Assembly: GCF_009914755.1 (NCBI RefSeq)
Contig: NC_060928.1
DNA from: the human T2T-CHM13v2.0 reference genome, Homo sapiens
Reading direction: 5' to 3' (one strand)
DNA length: 64,000 nt
Shown: positions 40,420 through 52,031 of the stretch, in pieces
Layout: each line of letters begins with the position of its first letter
How positions within the stretch are numbered: position 1 is the first letter of the stretch
Program-made: the position numbers and the translations under genes
Notes under the pieces: model-generated
Databases searched by the model: none
Seen by the model: the letters and a program-made list of their open reading frames with translations, nothing else
What the model was told of the DNA's origin: nothing

Positions 40420-41640
40420 ACTACACTCCCACTAGAATGTAAGCTTCTTGAGGGCAAAAACCTTGTCTGTTTTACTTATTATTATAGCACTTAGAATAGC
40501 CCCTGGGATGTGAAAGATACTCATACATATTTGTTAAATAAATTGATGAATGAATTGAACATTGCCATTGTATTTTGATTGCAATTGCATACTGTGCAAT
40601 CAGGTGAAAGTAAAATTCATCAGTTTTTCAAGAGTCTTCAAACGGGGTAGTAACAGAAAAACAAAAATTATAGTGAAAATGCTTTAACAGTAGCATAACA
40701 TCTTTGAGTTGCACAATAAGGCTAGAAAATTCAACCTTTGGTCACTTTTCAGATAAGCTGCTTAAAGGGAGTTGACTCAGAGAAAAGGAGGTTTTTCTTT
40801 TTCTTTTTTAAATAGTTTTCAGCCTGCAATGAGGATGAGACAATAGAAATCCAGCCAACATCTTGGGGAACATGATATTGGAAGCTATTAAAAAAAATTG
40901 TATAGAAAGTAGAATCCTCTGTCTCTGTAGACTGTATAAAGCTATGTTTTAGTTCTGAATGTTACTAATGTTCTTTTAGATGAGTGATAGATGAATCATG
41001 TGTAAGCCACCCTTATTTCAGATTGCCTGTTATACTCATTTAATTCCGATGCTAATTGATACACACCACACAAATTTTCATTCAACTGCCTTCTTTCCAA
41101 GAGACAATGGTAATGGTTTTTTAGTTGTCTCCCTGCATCCAAGTGTTCCTACACATGCTGCCAGATGGATTTTTCTTAATTTTGCCTCTAATGCTGCTGT
41201 CAGCTCCAAAGCCTTCAATAGCTAACATTTGACAACATAATAAAAACATCTTCCTTCATCTGATACTTAATATTTTCTATAATGTTGGATTCATTCATCT
41301 TGTACACCTCTGTTCATTGCTTTCATTTTCTCTACATTGTAACCACAATCAACCAGGCACTACCAGGTGCCTTTATCCCATCTGGTAGGTCACCACCTGA
41401 AAACAGCATTTTTCTGATCAACACTTGCAGTGCCCATTCTTCTCTCTGTACCACTTTAGCACATTATCTATACTTCTCCTATAATACTTATCATATTCTA
41501 CCTAATATTCTGATTATTGATATACATATCTTTTGAGAGTCATGGTTCTATTTTATTTATTTTTGAATATCCTATAGACCTTTATACATAGTGCTGAAGA
41601 AGTAATTATTAAATGAATTGATGAATGAATGAATAGACGG
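40420..41640 (+). mobile_element. L2 fragments (3' ends near 40555 and 41635)
   Basis: ctagaatgtaagcttcttgagggca... and (TGAA)n tails. Confidence 0.6.
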
Positions 41641-42539
41641 ACACTGGTCACATTTCTTTCTAAGTCTGTTACTTGATCTCACACACTGATTCCAGTAGTA
41701 GCAGACCTATTCTTCTTGGGTCCATGGTAGAATCTTAGATTCTATTCTCATTAATAATCTTAACTGTATTCTGCTGTCATTCCTAAGTAATTTTCTGAGA
41801 TAAAAAAAAATTGAATGTTCACTGTTCATGTTACTTTTCTTCTCTCAGTAGAACACCGCATAAACTGAAAGGAATGTGTGCTAATATATGCTGTCTTCCT
41901 GCTTCTGTTGGAAGAAGCAAGAAGACGGTTTTTCAAGATAAAATGGAGAGATGTACATGACCTTCCAAAGACCATTATGAATTCCTGATGTCTTTGTTAC
42001 CTGGACAAAATGTTTTTTAGTTCCTTTTCCTTGAAGTAAGAAATTTGGCATTTCTTCAGCTTACTTAATCCTTTGTTTCCTCTCTTGTGTTTATAATCTT
42101 ATCCATATGGTTTTCCTGTAACATCAATATTTATATAACAATGAGTACTTACATGACATTACAGAGATTATGAATATCCACATTCATCTGGTTTTCACAA
42201 TAACCAGGTGAGGTTAGAAAGATGGACATTTTTATCCATGCTTATAAAAAATGAGAGCTCTGAGAGGTTGTAATTTATCTGAAGTCACATATAAACAAGT
42301 GACAACCCAGCTGCTGTGATTTCTAATCCAGCATCCTCCTTTGCATTTCTTCTTTCTTATTCAGGTTTGCAACAAGAACATTCTCTCTTTATTTATTTTT
42401 AGAAAGAATTGGTCACAAAACCAATCAGATTAAATTAAACAAACATTGTTATTAACTACATCTGTTTAGATAGATAGGTAGATAGATAGATAGATAGCAA
42501 TAAGTAAGTATCTTGCTTTTATTTTCTTTTCTAGCCTTA

Positions 42540-42893
42540 CCTTTCCTCATTCTTTTCTGTGCCACAATCTATCCTCCAGGTTCCAGGCATCATGATCTCT
42601 CATTTCTACCTCTGCAAAAGCCACCCAGGAGATCTTGTTTCTTGAACTCCCTACCATCAGTCCATTCTCTAAGCAGCAGCCAGAGTGATCCTTTTAACTA
42701 ATGTCAGGTTATGCAATTCCTCTGCTTAAAACAGTCCCATGGTTTGACAGATAAAATACAGAATGCCCAATTTGATTTATATTTCTGATAAACCCAAAAC
42801 ATTTTAGAAATTATGTCCTAAATATTTCATGGAGCATACTTATATCATAATTATTCAGATATTTTTCTAGTATATGTCCCAAATATTGCATAA

Positions 42894-42948
<55 letters not shown>

Positions 42949-43440
42949 ATGTTTATCTGAAATGAATATATTACCTGAGTGTCCTATCTTTTTATTTGGT
43001 AAATCTAATAATAAAAGCAAGCTCCTTACACTGTTCTACAAAGTCCTGTGTGGTTAGGTCTCCGAGACCTCTCTGATCTTGACCGTTATTACTCTGCTTA
43101 TTGTTTCCTGATACATTAGACACTCTCCCTCTATAGCCTGTGCTCTAATTGCTTTTTTTTTTTTTTGCCTAGGAAATACCCAAATAACCCTATTTAATGC
43201 TGCAATCCATTTTCTCCCTAGCATTCCTGAATCCCCTTACATTCTTCTACTTGTTTTTCCATGGCACTCATCTCCTTCTTATTTATATTTATGTGTATAT
43301 TTATTGTGTTCATTGCCTGCCCGTTCTTATTCAAAAGAAAACTTTATAAATGAAGGAATCTTTGCTCACTAACTACCTAGAGCAGTGACTGGCACAAATA
43401 ACTTATTCTGTAAATATTTGGTGAATGAATGACTAATAAA
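42540..43440 (+). mobile_element. L2a fragment interrupted by MER53
   Basis: gcagccagagtgatcctttt...ctctgcttaaaac; ends taaatatttggtgaatgaatga. Confidence 0.7.
42738..43010 (+). mobile_element. MER53 palindromic DNA-transposon MITE with a duplicated core and (AT)n
   Basis: cagataaaatacagaatgccca...tatgtcccaaatattgcat...gtttatctgaaat...gtgtcctatctttttatttggtaaatct. Confidence 0.75.
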
Positions 43441-44464
43441 ATGTAAGGACACAAAGAAAGTAAATTCAAAAATTACATAACAATCTCTCATGTTATAGGG
43501 TGATATAGAATGTAAGTAATTATGGATCAAAAATAAAAGCTAAAGCATTGTATTCTGTTTGTAGCCTCTTCATGGACTTAGTTGTGAAAATGAATGTTCT
43601 TATGTAAGAAATGAATATAGACTACTTTTTTTTCTATTAAATGTGATAAATACCAGTCTAGATATTGCTATTGCCTAAGTGTGCCATTCTTTTGTCATGT
43701 GTTATTTTCTGTTGGCTTTTTAGAACTGGAGTGTCTCTGTATGCCTCTATTGGTGTCAGTAAAATCACAAAAATGTTCAAATGAAGAAAAGGGAATAATA
43801 GGCTTGTTTGACATTTCCACTGTAATCTCCTATTTAGAAGAGTCAAAATTATTTTATGGGTAAGCATGGCAGAACAATCTGTACTAAATGTTACAGCTTT
43901 AAAAACACCCACTCTGTGTTCAAATATATTAGTACCCAGAAAAATATTATCTCATTCATATCCTAGATTCTAGGTCTCAGTCCTAAAGATTAGACAAAGC
44001 TCTCTTAAAGGCTTGCAAAGGAAATTAAAGATTTTATATTGGTGATGAAGTAGGAAGGGAAAAAAATAATAACGGTCTGCTCCCTATAGGAGAAGGATAT
44101 GTTGGGATGTTTCTTAGACATACAGACAGATTACACATTTATTAAAGGCTGGACCATTATTAGGGGAAAGCGAAGTGTTCAAAAATAACTGCTGGAACAT
44201 TCCATGTCAACTCTTTCTAGCAATTATCAGGGGCCCAAATATAGGCCATAATTAATATATGCATTTTGTGAATATGCAAAATAGATTGATGAGAAAAGGC
44301 TGAATGAGAAAACAGAAGAATGTTTATGTGGAATAATAATCTAAATTTGCTGTGAAGTTATTATTTCACTCTTGTAGTAAAATAGTAATGTGACATAAAA
44401 TGAGAGCCATAGGGGAATTCAACAGTGGTTGTGGTGCATGGCTTTTAGAGCTGATAAACCAGCT

Positions 44465-44799
44465 CTCCTGTCGAATCGTAATCCCCCATGTAGGAGGTAA
44501 GGGCTGGTGGGATCATGGAGGAGGATTTCCCCCTCGCTGTTCTCTTGACAGTGAGTGAGTTCTCATGAGATCTGTTTGCTTAAAAGTATGTAACACCTCC
44601 ACCTTTGCTCTTCCCTCTTCTGTGACCATGTAAGACGTGCCTGCTTCCTCTTCATTTTTTGCCGTGATTGCAAGTTTCCTGAGGCCTCCCCAGCCATGCT
44701 TCCTGTATAGTCTCTGGAACTGTGAATTAAGTAAATCTCTTTTCTCAACGAATTAACCAGTCTCAGTTCTTTATAGCAATGCAAGAATGAACTAATACA
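44465..44799 (+). mobile_element. MaLR LTR (MSTA-like), 5' end lost
   Basis: gtgagtgagttctcatgagatct...gaggcctccccagccatgc...actaataca. Confidence 0.82.
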
Positions 44800-45146
44800 G
44801 AGATTAAGGACTCGTCTGGCATGAGACAATAATAAACTTGCGTAGGAAGACTCCTACACTTGCTGACCCTTCCTAAACAAATAGCAGCAGGCTAGCTTTA
44901 GAGATAATGGGGTAGAAAACTGACTTTCAAACCCAAGAAACTCAAGAAAAGCCTATTTCTCTTTTAAGATGGAAAAGAAACCATGGTTTCTAGATCTCTA
45001 AAGGTAAAGGTATAGTGATTTTCATATATATTTTTTAAAAGAATCAGAATATCTAAATTAGCCATATTTAAATCAACATAAATAGCATGGCTAAGCCAGG
45101 AATCTTAAATAATATAGAAACATGGTCATCACATGTGTCCAAAATA

Positions 45147-45164
45147 AGTATGTATGTATGTTTG

Positions 45165-45207
<43 letters not shown>
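45147..45207. repeat. (TATG)n/(TCTA)n microsatellite
   Basis: Directly visible tandem repeat. Confidence 0.9.
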
Positions 45208-46506
45208 AATTTATTTCTGTACTTATCTTGTTTTCTGCCCTGCAAAATAAATAAATAAATAAATACCTGTTTGTTCTTTTATCTAGAACAAAATGATTAT
45301 CATAGTTTGATATCATATGTTCTTAGGATAGCAGTAACCACCATTATTTAACAGTATTTTTTTTTCATGGATAAAGCACGTTTACTTGGGAAGATTGTAT
45401 TTCTAACTTGCTTCATTGGAAAAATGAAAGCCTTAAACTAGACCTGAATTCTATTCCTCCAAGCCTATTTCCTTATTATTATGACATTTTCTTTACTTTC
45501 TTTGAAATGCAAAATCCAACTAGTCTTAGAGACTCAGACTTAAAAATCTTAAAGAAATCAACCATAAGACTTCAAAGAACACACAGTTGAGGAATATGTT
45601 AACCACATCTCATTTAAAAAAACAAGTTAAGATATAATTGGCAAATTAAAAGAAGACAACATTGATTGTTTTTGAAGAAAATGGATACGGGAAAGTAAAA
45701 ACATATGATTTTCAATAAAAAGGATCAATTAATTACTTTGCAAAGACTACAATGATTTCTTACCCACACCTCTACACAAACACACATGCATAGTTAGCCA
45801 GACATGAAGATAAATAGAAATAGGTAGGCACAAAGATAATAAGTCAGAGAATATAAGCTTAATGTACTTAAATTAGTTTAAAAAGTCCATGGTGCCAAAA
45901 TAGAATGCCTTACTCCTGGTTTTAAAGTAATCTTATTCCTCATCTAAAATATTTTGATTTTTTCTATTCTAGTAGGAAGTTATATGTGGAATGGCATTTT
46001 GGAATTGTGAGGAGGACAATACTATAATTCAATGTTGTGCTTTGAATTCCAATGTTACCACATACTGGCTCCTTGATTTTGGAAAACTACTTTATCAAAA
46101 ATTTGTAAATGAATCTCTTTTTCTAGTTTAAAAAATGAAACAATGACTCTTGCTTCACTCTATGCCATGCAATTCCATTGACAGTACTAGGTTAAAATGC
46201 AGAAAAAGGTTTAGTTAAATGGGGGTATGTGTGATTTGAGGGAAGTGTATACATTTCTTTTACAATGTATATGTAATAATAATGTGAAAACATTACTCTC
46301 TTAGTTGTAGGAAGGGACATGTTGAGGTGTGAAGAAATCATAATTTACCTAACCTATTTGGTGCTACTTCATTATGAATTATTACAGTATATTGTTGACT
46401 GTTTGCAAAAAAAGAGTAAAGTAGTTGCCAATATATGCTTTACCTAAATAAATAAGTCATTTGTAACACATAATGAAGATGATGTACATTAAAATGTCAC
46501 AGACAT

Positions 46507-46932
46507 TTTAATAATAGCCATTCTAACTGGTGTGAGATGGTATATCATGGTCTTAATTTTCATTTCTCTGTTGGATTGGATAAAGAAAATGTGATATATA
46601 TACACCATGGAATACTATGTAGCCAAAAAGAGAATGTAATCATGTCCTTCACAGCAACATAGGTGGAGTTAAAGGCTATTATTCTAAGTGAATTAACATA
46701 GGAATAGAAAACAAATACCACATGTTCTCACTTGTAAGTGGGAGCTAAATATTGAGCACACATGGACATCAACATGGGAACAAGAGATACCTACAGAATA
46801 CTAGAGGGGGAGGAAGAAGAGGAGCATGGGTTGAAAAATAACTATTGGAAACTATGCTCACTACCTCAGTGCAATATACCCAGGTAACAAATGTGTGCTC
46901 TGTGTGTAAAATTGAAGTTGAATTTAAAAAAA
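46507..46932 (+). mobile_element. Short L1PB-type 3' end with a 5' inversion (46507-46570 antisense, 46571-46932 sense)
   Basis: Antisense tagccattctaactggtgtgagatggtat abuts sense ggataaagaaaatgtg...; ends in an A-tail. Confidence 0.8.
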
Positions 46933-47559
46933 ATTCATGAACATGGGAATGACTGTTATTCAGCACTTGCTACTGTAGTTTGATTTTTTCATGCTGTTGA
47001 ACTGTAAGTGTAACCAAGATAGGCTTGGTCATTTTCTCCTGCTGATTCATCTCTCATAATGTAGCTATAACTGCAGCCACTGCTTTGACTGTGTGCTCCA
47101 GTCCCACTCTTCTGCATACTGCAGGGATGAGCGGCTAGGTAGGGGACCTGTCTTTTACTATCTGCATCTCTCTGCTTATGCATGCCCTAGTGGAACGGGT
47201 TAAAGATATCTTTTGTATAAACTTGTTTGGGAAGGAATTTAGAAAAGATATTCAAGATTACATAGCTCTTTTCTCCTTCATCTTATTGCCATCTCCTACC
47301 ATCATAACCTCACCCTGGTCCCTGTCCTTTGTTTCTTCACTATCCTTTTTTTAAACTTTCTCACACTTTGTTTCTTCAAATCCTTTATTCCCAGGACTGC
47401 TACATATCCATAAATTTCTAATTTACACTTCCAATTTTTAGGAAGGGGCACGCGAATTCTTCAAATACATTAGTTTCTAATGTTGCTTGGTTTCCATTTC
47501 TCCAATAGAAAACATTTCTTATATGACTCAGTTTCACTTAGCTAGCATTATGGGTAATA

Positions 47560-47685
47560 AAATTTTACATTGTGGTTTTCCTTGAACAGTCCCAGTTACA
47601 CCTGATATTCTGGAATAATTATTAATAACTCCCTCTTTCACCCTGAATATTTTTCTAATTTCCATGAAAATTTTATGGTCTCCAA
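47560..47685 (-). mobile_element. MER81-like hAT MITE
   Basis: acagtcccagttacacctg...aataattattaataactccctctttcac...atggtc. Confidence 0.55.
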
Positions 47686-47791
47686 GCTGTAGGAGAAAAC
47701 TAATATAATTAAATTAAATTCATATTATTTTATGAATAATTGGAAATATCATAACTCTCCCTCACATGAACAACTGAAAATAGGCATTTAA

Positions 47792-47818
47792 CACACACAC
47801 ACACACACACACACACAC
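47792..47818. repeat. (CA)n microsatellite
   Basis: Directly visible tandem repeat. Confidence 0.9.
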
Positions 47819-49192
47819 GAAGCTATACTAACAAAAAAGAGAAAAAGACTACACGTGATATTTCAATTAAACTTGAAACTAATTTTTTTGTAGAAATTTG
47901 AATCATAAAATAAAAGTGTAGCAAAATAAGAGGAAGATATTTTATGCTATATTTGATGTGTAGGGATAGAAAAGTGGCTAAGTGTTCAATTCCAAATTTG
48001 TTTCTTGCCCATGAAAATATTATCGGAACTTCAGATAATCATAAATACATCTTATGTGGAGTCTTATCTTAGTTGAAGTAGCTACTGGTGATGTTTGACA
48101 TTTTCTTGCCTCTGCCTGAGATGTTCTAGGACATACAAATGAATTGTGCTCACTACCACACTTGCACAACAGTTCCTGGATAACCTCTCAGAATTATTTA
48201 CATTTTTGTTGACATGTAATCCTAAGCAGTATCTCTGGACACCTATTACTTTACATAAGTTGTTTGTTATTCATCTTCTATTTAAGCAAGGCATTATTTA
48301 TTCTTTCTTTTCAAGCTGCATAGATGAATGAAACAGAATAGAGAGCCTAGAAATAAAGCTGCACACCTGCACACCTATAACCATCTGATCTTAAACAAAG
48401 TTGACAAAACAAGCAATGGGTAAAAGACTCCCTCTTCAAAAAATCATGCTGGAATCACTGGTTAGCCATATACAGAAGACTGAAGCTAAACCCCTTCCTT
48501 ACACCATATACAAAAATCAAGTCAAGATAGATTAAAGACTTAAATTTTAAACCTAAAAGTATAAAAATTCTGGAAGATAACCTAGGAAATACCATCCTGG
48601 ACATAGGCCCTGGTGAAGGTTTCATGATGAATATTCCAAGAGAAACTGTAATGAAAACGAAAATTGACAAATGGGACCTAATTAAACTAAAGAGATTATG
48701 CACAGCAAAAGAAACTATGGACAGAGTGAACAGACAGCCTACAGAATGGGAGATATATTTGCAAATATGCATCCGACAAAAGTCTAATATCCAGAATCTG
48801 TAAGGAACTTAAGCAATTGAACAGACAAAAAACAAACGACCTCATTAAAAAGTGGGCAAAGAACATGAACGTACACTTTTCAAAAGAAGACATACATGTG
48901 GCCAATAAACATATGAAAAAAGTGCTTAACATCACTAATCATCAGAGAAATGCAAATTAAAACCATGATGAGGTATCATCTCATACCAGTCAGACTTATT
49001 ATTATTAAAAAAAAAAAAAAAAAACAAGAAATAACTGATGCTGGCTAGGTTGCGGAGAAAAAAAATACTTATACACTGCTGGAGGGAATGTAAATTAATT
49101 CAGTCATTGTACAAAGCAGTGTGGTGATTTCTCAAAGAACTTAAAACAGAAGTACCATTCAACCCAGCAATCCCATTATTGGGTGTATACCC

Positions 49193-52031
49193 TGTGTTAG
49201 GCCTATCTTTCATTGCTGTAAATAAATACTTGAGACTAAGTAATTTACAAAGAAAAGAGATTTAATTAGCTCATCATTCTGCAGGCTTTACAGGAAGCAT
49301 GGTGGCATCTGCTTCTGGGGAGGCTTCAGGAAGTTTCCAATCATGGTAAAAGACAAAGGGGGAATAGCCATATCACATATCAAAATGGGAGCAAGAGAGC
49401 AGGGATTGAGGGGGAAGTGGCACACATTTTAAAATAATCAGGTCTCATGAGAACTCAGAGAGCTCACTGATCACCAAGGGGATGGCCCAAGCCATTCATG
49501 AGGGTTCTGGCCCCCCATGACCCCAAACCTCCTACCAGGACCTATCTCCAACACTGGGCATTACAATTCAACATGAGATTTAGGAGGGGAAAATATCTAA
49601 ACTATATCGTTCGAACTCTAGGCCCTCACAAATCTCATATCATTTCCACATTGCAAAATACAACCATGCCTTTCTAATAGTCCCCCAAAATCACAACTCG
49701 TCCTAGCATTAACTCAGATGTTTAAATTCCAAAGTCTTATCTGAGACAAGGCAAATCACTTCTATCCATGTGCCTGTAAAATCAAAAACAATTTATTTAC
49801 TCTCAAGATACAGTGGGGGTATAGGCATTGGGTAAATATTCCTTTTCCCAAAGGGAGAAATCAGCCAAAACAAAGAGTTAAAGGGGCTTACAGGCCCCAT
49901 GCATGTTTAAAACTTAGCAGGGCAGTTATTAAATCCTAAATCTCCAAAATAGTCTTTGACTTCACGTCCCACATCGAGTGCACACTAATGAGAGCAGTGG
50001 GCTCCCAAGGTCTTGGGCGTCTCTACCCCTGTGGCTTTGCAGGGGGCAGCTCCCACAGCTGCTTTAACAGGTTGTTGAGTCCCTGTGGCTTTTCCAGGCA
50101 CAGGATGCAAGCTGCCAGTGGCACTACCACTCTGGGGTCTGGAGGACTGTGGCCCCCTTCTCACAGCTTCACTAGGCAATGTCCCATTGAATACTATGTG
50201 GGATCTCCAGCCCCACAAATGCCTTTGGAATTGCCCTAGTAGAAGTTATCTGTGAGGGCTCCTCCCCTGAAGCAGGATTCTGCCTGAGCACCCAGGCTTT
50301 CTCATACATCCCCTGAAATCTAGGAAGAGTCTGCCAAGCATTATTCACTCTTGCACTCTGTGCACCTACAGGCTTAACACTAGATGGAAGCCACCAAGTC
50401 TTATGCATTTCACCCTCTGAAGTAGCAGCCTGAGCTATATCTTTGGCCCTTTGAGTTGAAGCTCGAGGTGGAGTAGTTGGAAAGTGGGAAATAGTGTCTT
50501 GAGGCTGCACTGAGTAGTAGAGCTCTGGCCCTGGCCCATGAAACCATTCTGTCCTTCTAGGCCCCCAGGGCCTGTGAAGAAAGGGTGACCGGTTTGGCTT
50601 TGTCCCCATCCAAATCTTATCTTGAATTTTAATTCCCATAATCTCCACATGTCGTGGGATGGACTCAGTGGGAGGTAATTGAATCATGGAGGCAGTTACC
50701 CCCATGCTGTTATTCTCATGGTAGTGATTGAGTTTTCAAGACATCTGATGGTTTTATGAAGAACTTTCCCCCCTTTTGCTCGGCACTTCTTCTTGCTGCT
50801 GCCATGTGAAGAAGAACGTGTTTACTTCTTCTGCCATATTGTAAGTTTCCTGAGGTCTTCCCAGCCATGTTGAAAAGTGAGTCAATTAAACCTTTTTTCT
50901 TCATAAATTACCCAGTCTTGGGTATGTATTAGCAGACTGAGAAAGAACTAATACACAGGGGCTGCCTCAAAGGTCTCTGAAATGCCTTCATGGCCTTTTG
51001 CCCATTGTCTTAGCTATCAGCATATGGCTCCCTGTTAGTTATGCAAATTTCTCTACTAAGTGATTGCTCCATAGCCTACTTGAATATCTCTCCCCAAAAA
51101 GCTTTTCCTTTCTCTTCCACGTGACCAGGCGGCAAATTTTCCCAACTTTTATGATTCACATCACTTTTAAATATAAGTTCCAACTTTAAGTAATTTCTTT
51201 GCTTCCACATCTATGTGTAGGTTGTTAGAAGCAGTCAGGCAATATCTTTAATGCTTTGAACATTAGAAATTTCTTTCACCAGATAACATAAATCATCACT
51301 ATGAAGTTGAAAATTTCATAGATCCCTAGGATAGAGGCACAATACAGCCAAGTTTTTTGCCGAGGCATTAACATACATGACCTTTGCTCCGGTTCCCAGT
51401 AAGTTCTTCACCTTCTTCTGAGACCTTGTCAGCCTGGACTTCACTGTCCAAATCGCTATTACCATTTTGGTCACTACTATTTAACCGGTCTCTGTAATTC
51501 CAAACTTTCCCTCATCTTCCTGTCTTTTTCTGAGCTCTCCAAACTCAACTTCTGTCTGTTACCCAGCTCCAAAGCTGCTTTCACATTTTCACATATCTTT
51601 ATAGCAATGCCTCACTCCTGCCAATTTTCTGTGTTAGCCATTCTTGCTTTGCTATAAATAAATACATGAGACTGGATAGTTTATAAAGAAAAGAGGTTTA
51701 CTTGGCTCACATTTCTGCAGGCTTTAGAGCAAGCATAGTGGCGTCTGCTCTGGGGGAGGCCTCAGGAAGCTTCCAATCATGGTGAAAGGCAAAGGGGGAG
51801 CAGGCTTATTTTATGGTAAGAATGAAAGCAATACATGCCACATGCATTTAAATCACCAGATCTTGTGAGAACTCAGAGCAAGAGCTCACTTATCACCAAG
51901 GGGATGGTCCAAGCCATTCTTGAGGGATTTGTCATCATGATCCAAACACCTCCCACCAGGCCTCACCTCCAACATTGGGGATTATAGTTCAACATGAGAT
52001 TTGGTCAAAGACAAATATCTAAACTGTATCA
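49193..52031 (-). mobile_element. Complete MaLR (MSTB-like) element: LTRs 49193-49609 and 51630-52031 plus internal region
   Basis: Two direct LTRs (tgtgttag...tatc(g/a)), MST internal sequence, and TSD taccc/taacc. Confidence 0.9.
50586..50955 (+). mobile_element. THE1 (C/D-like) solo LTR inside the MST internal region
   Basis: tgaccggtttggct...ggaggtaattgaatcatgg...actaataca; TSD aaggg/caggg. Confidence 0.88.
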
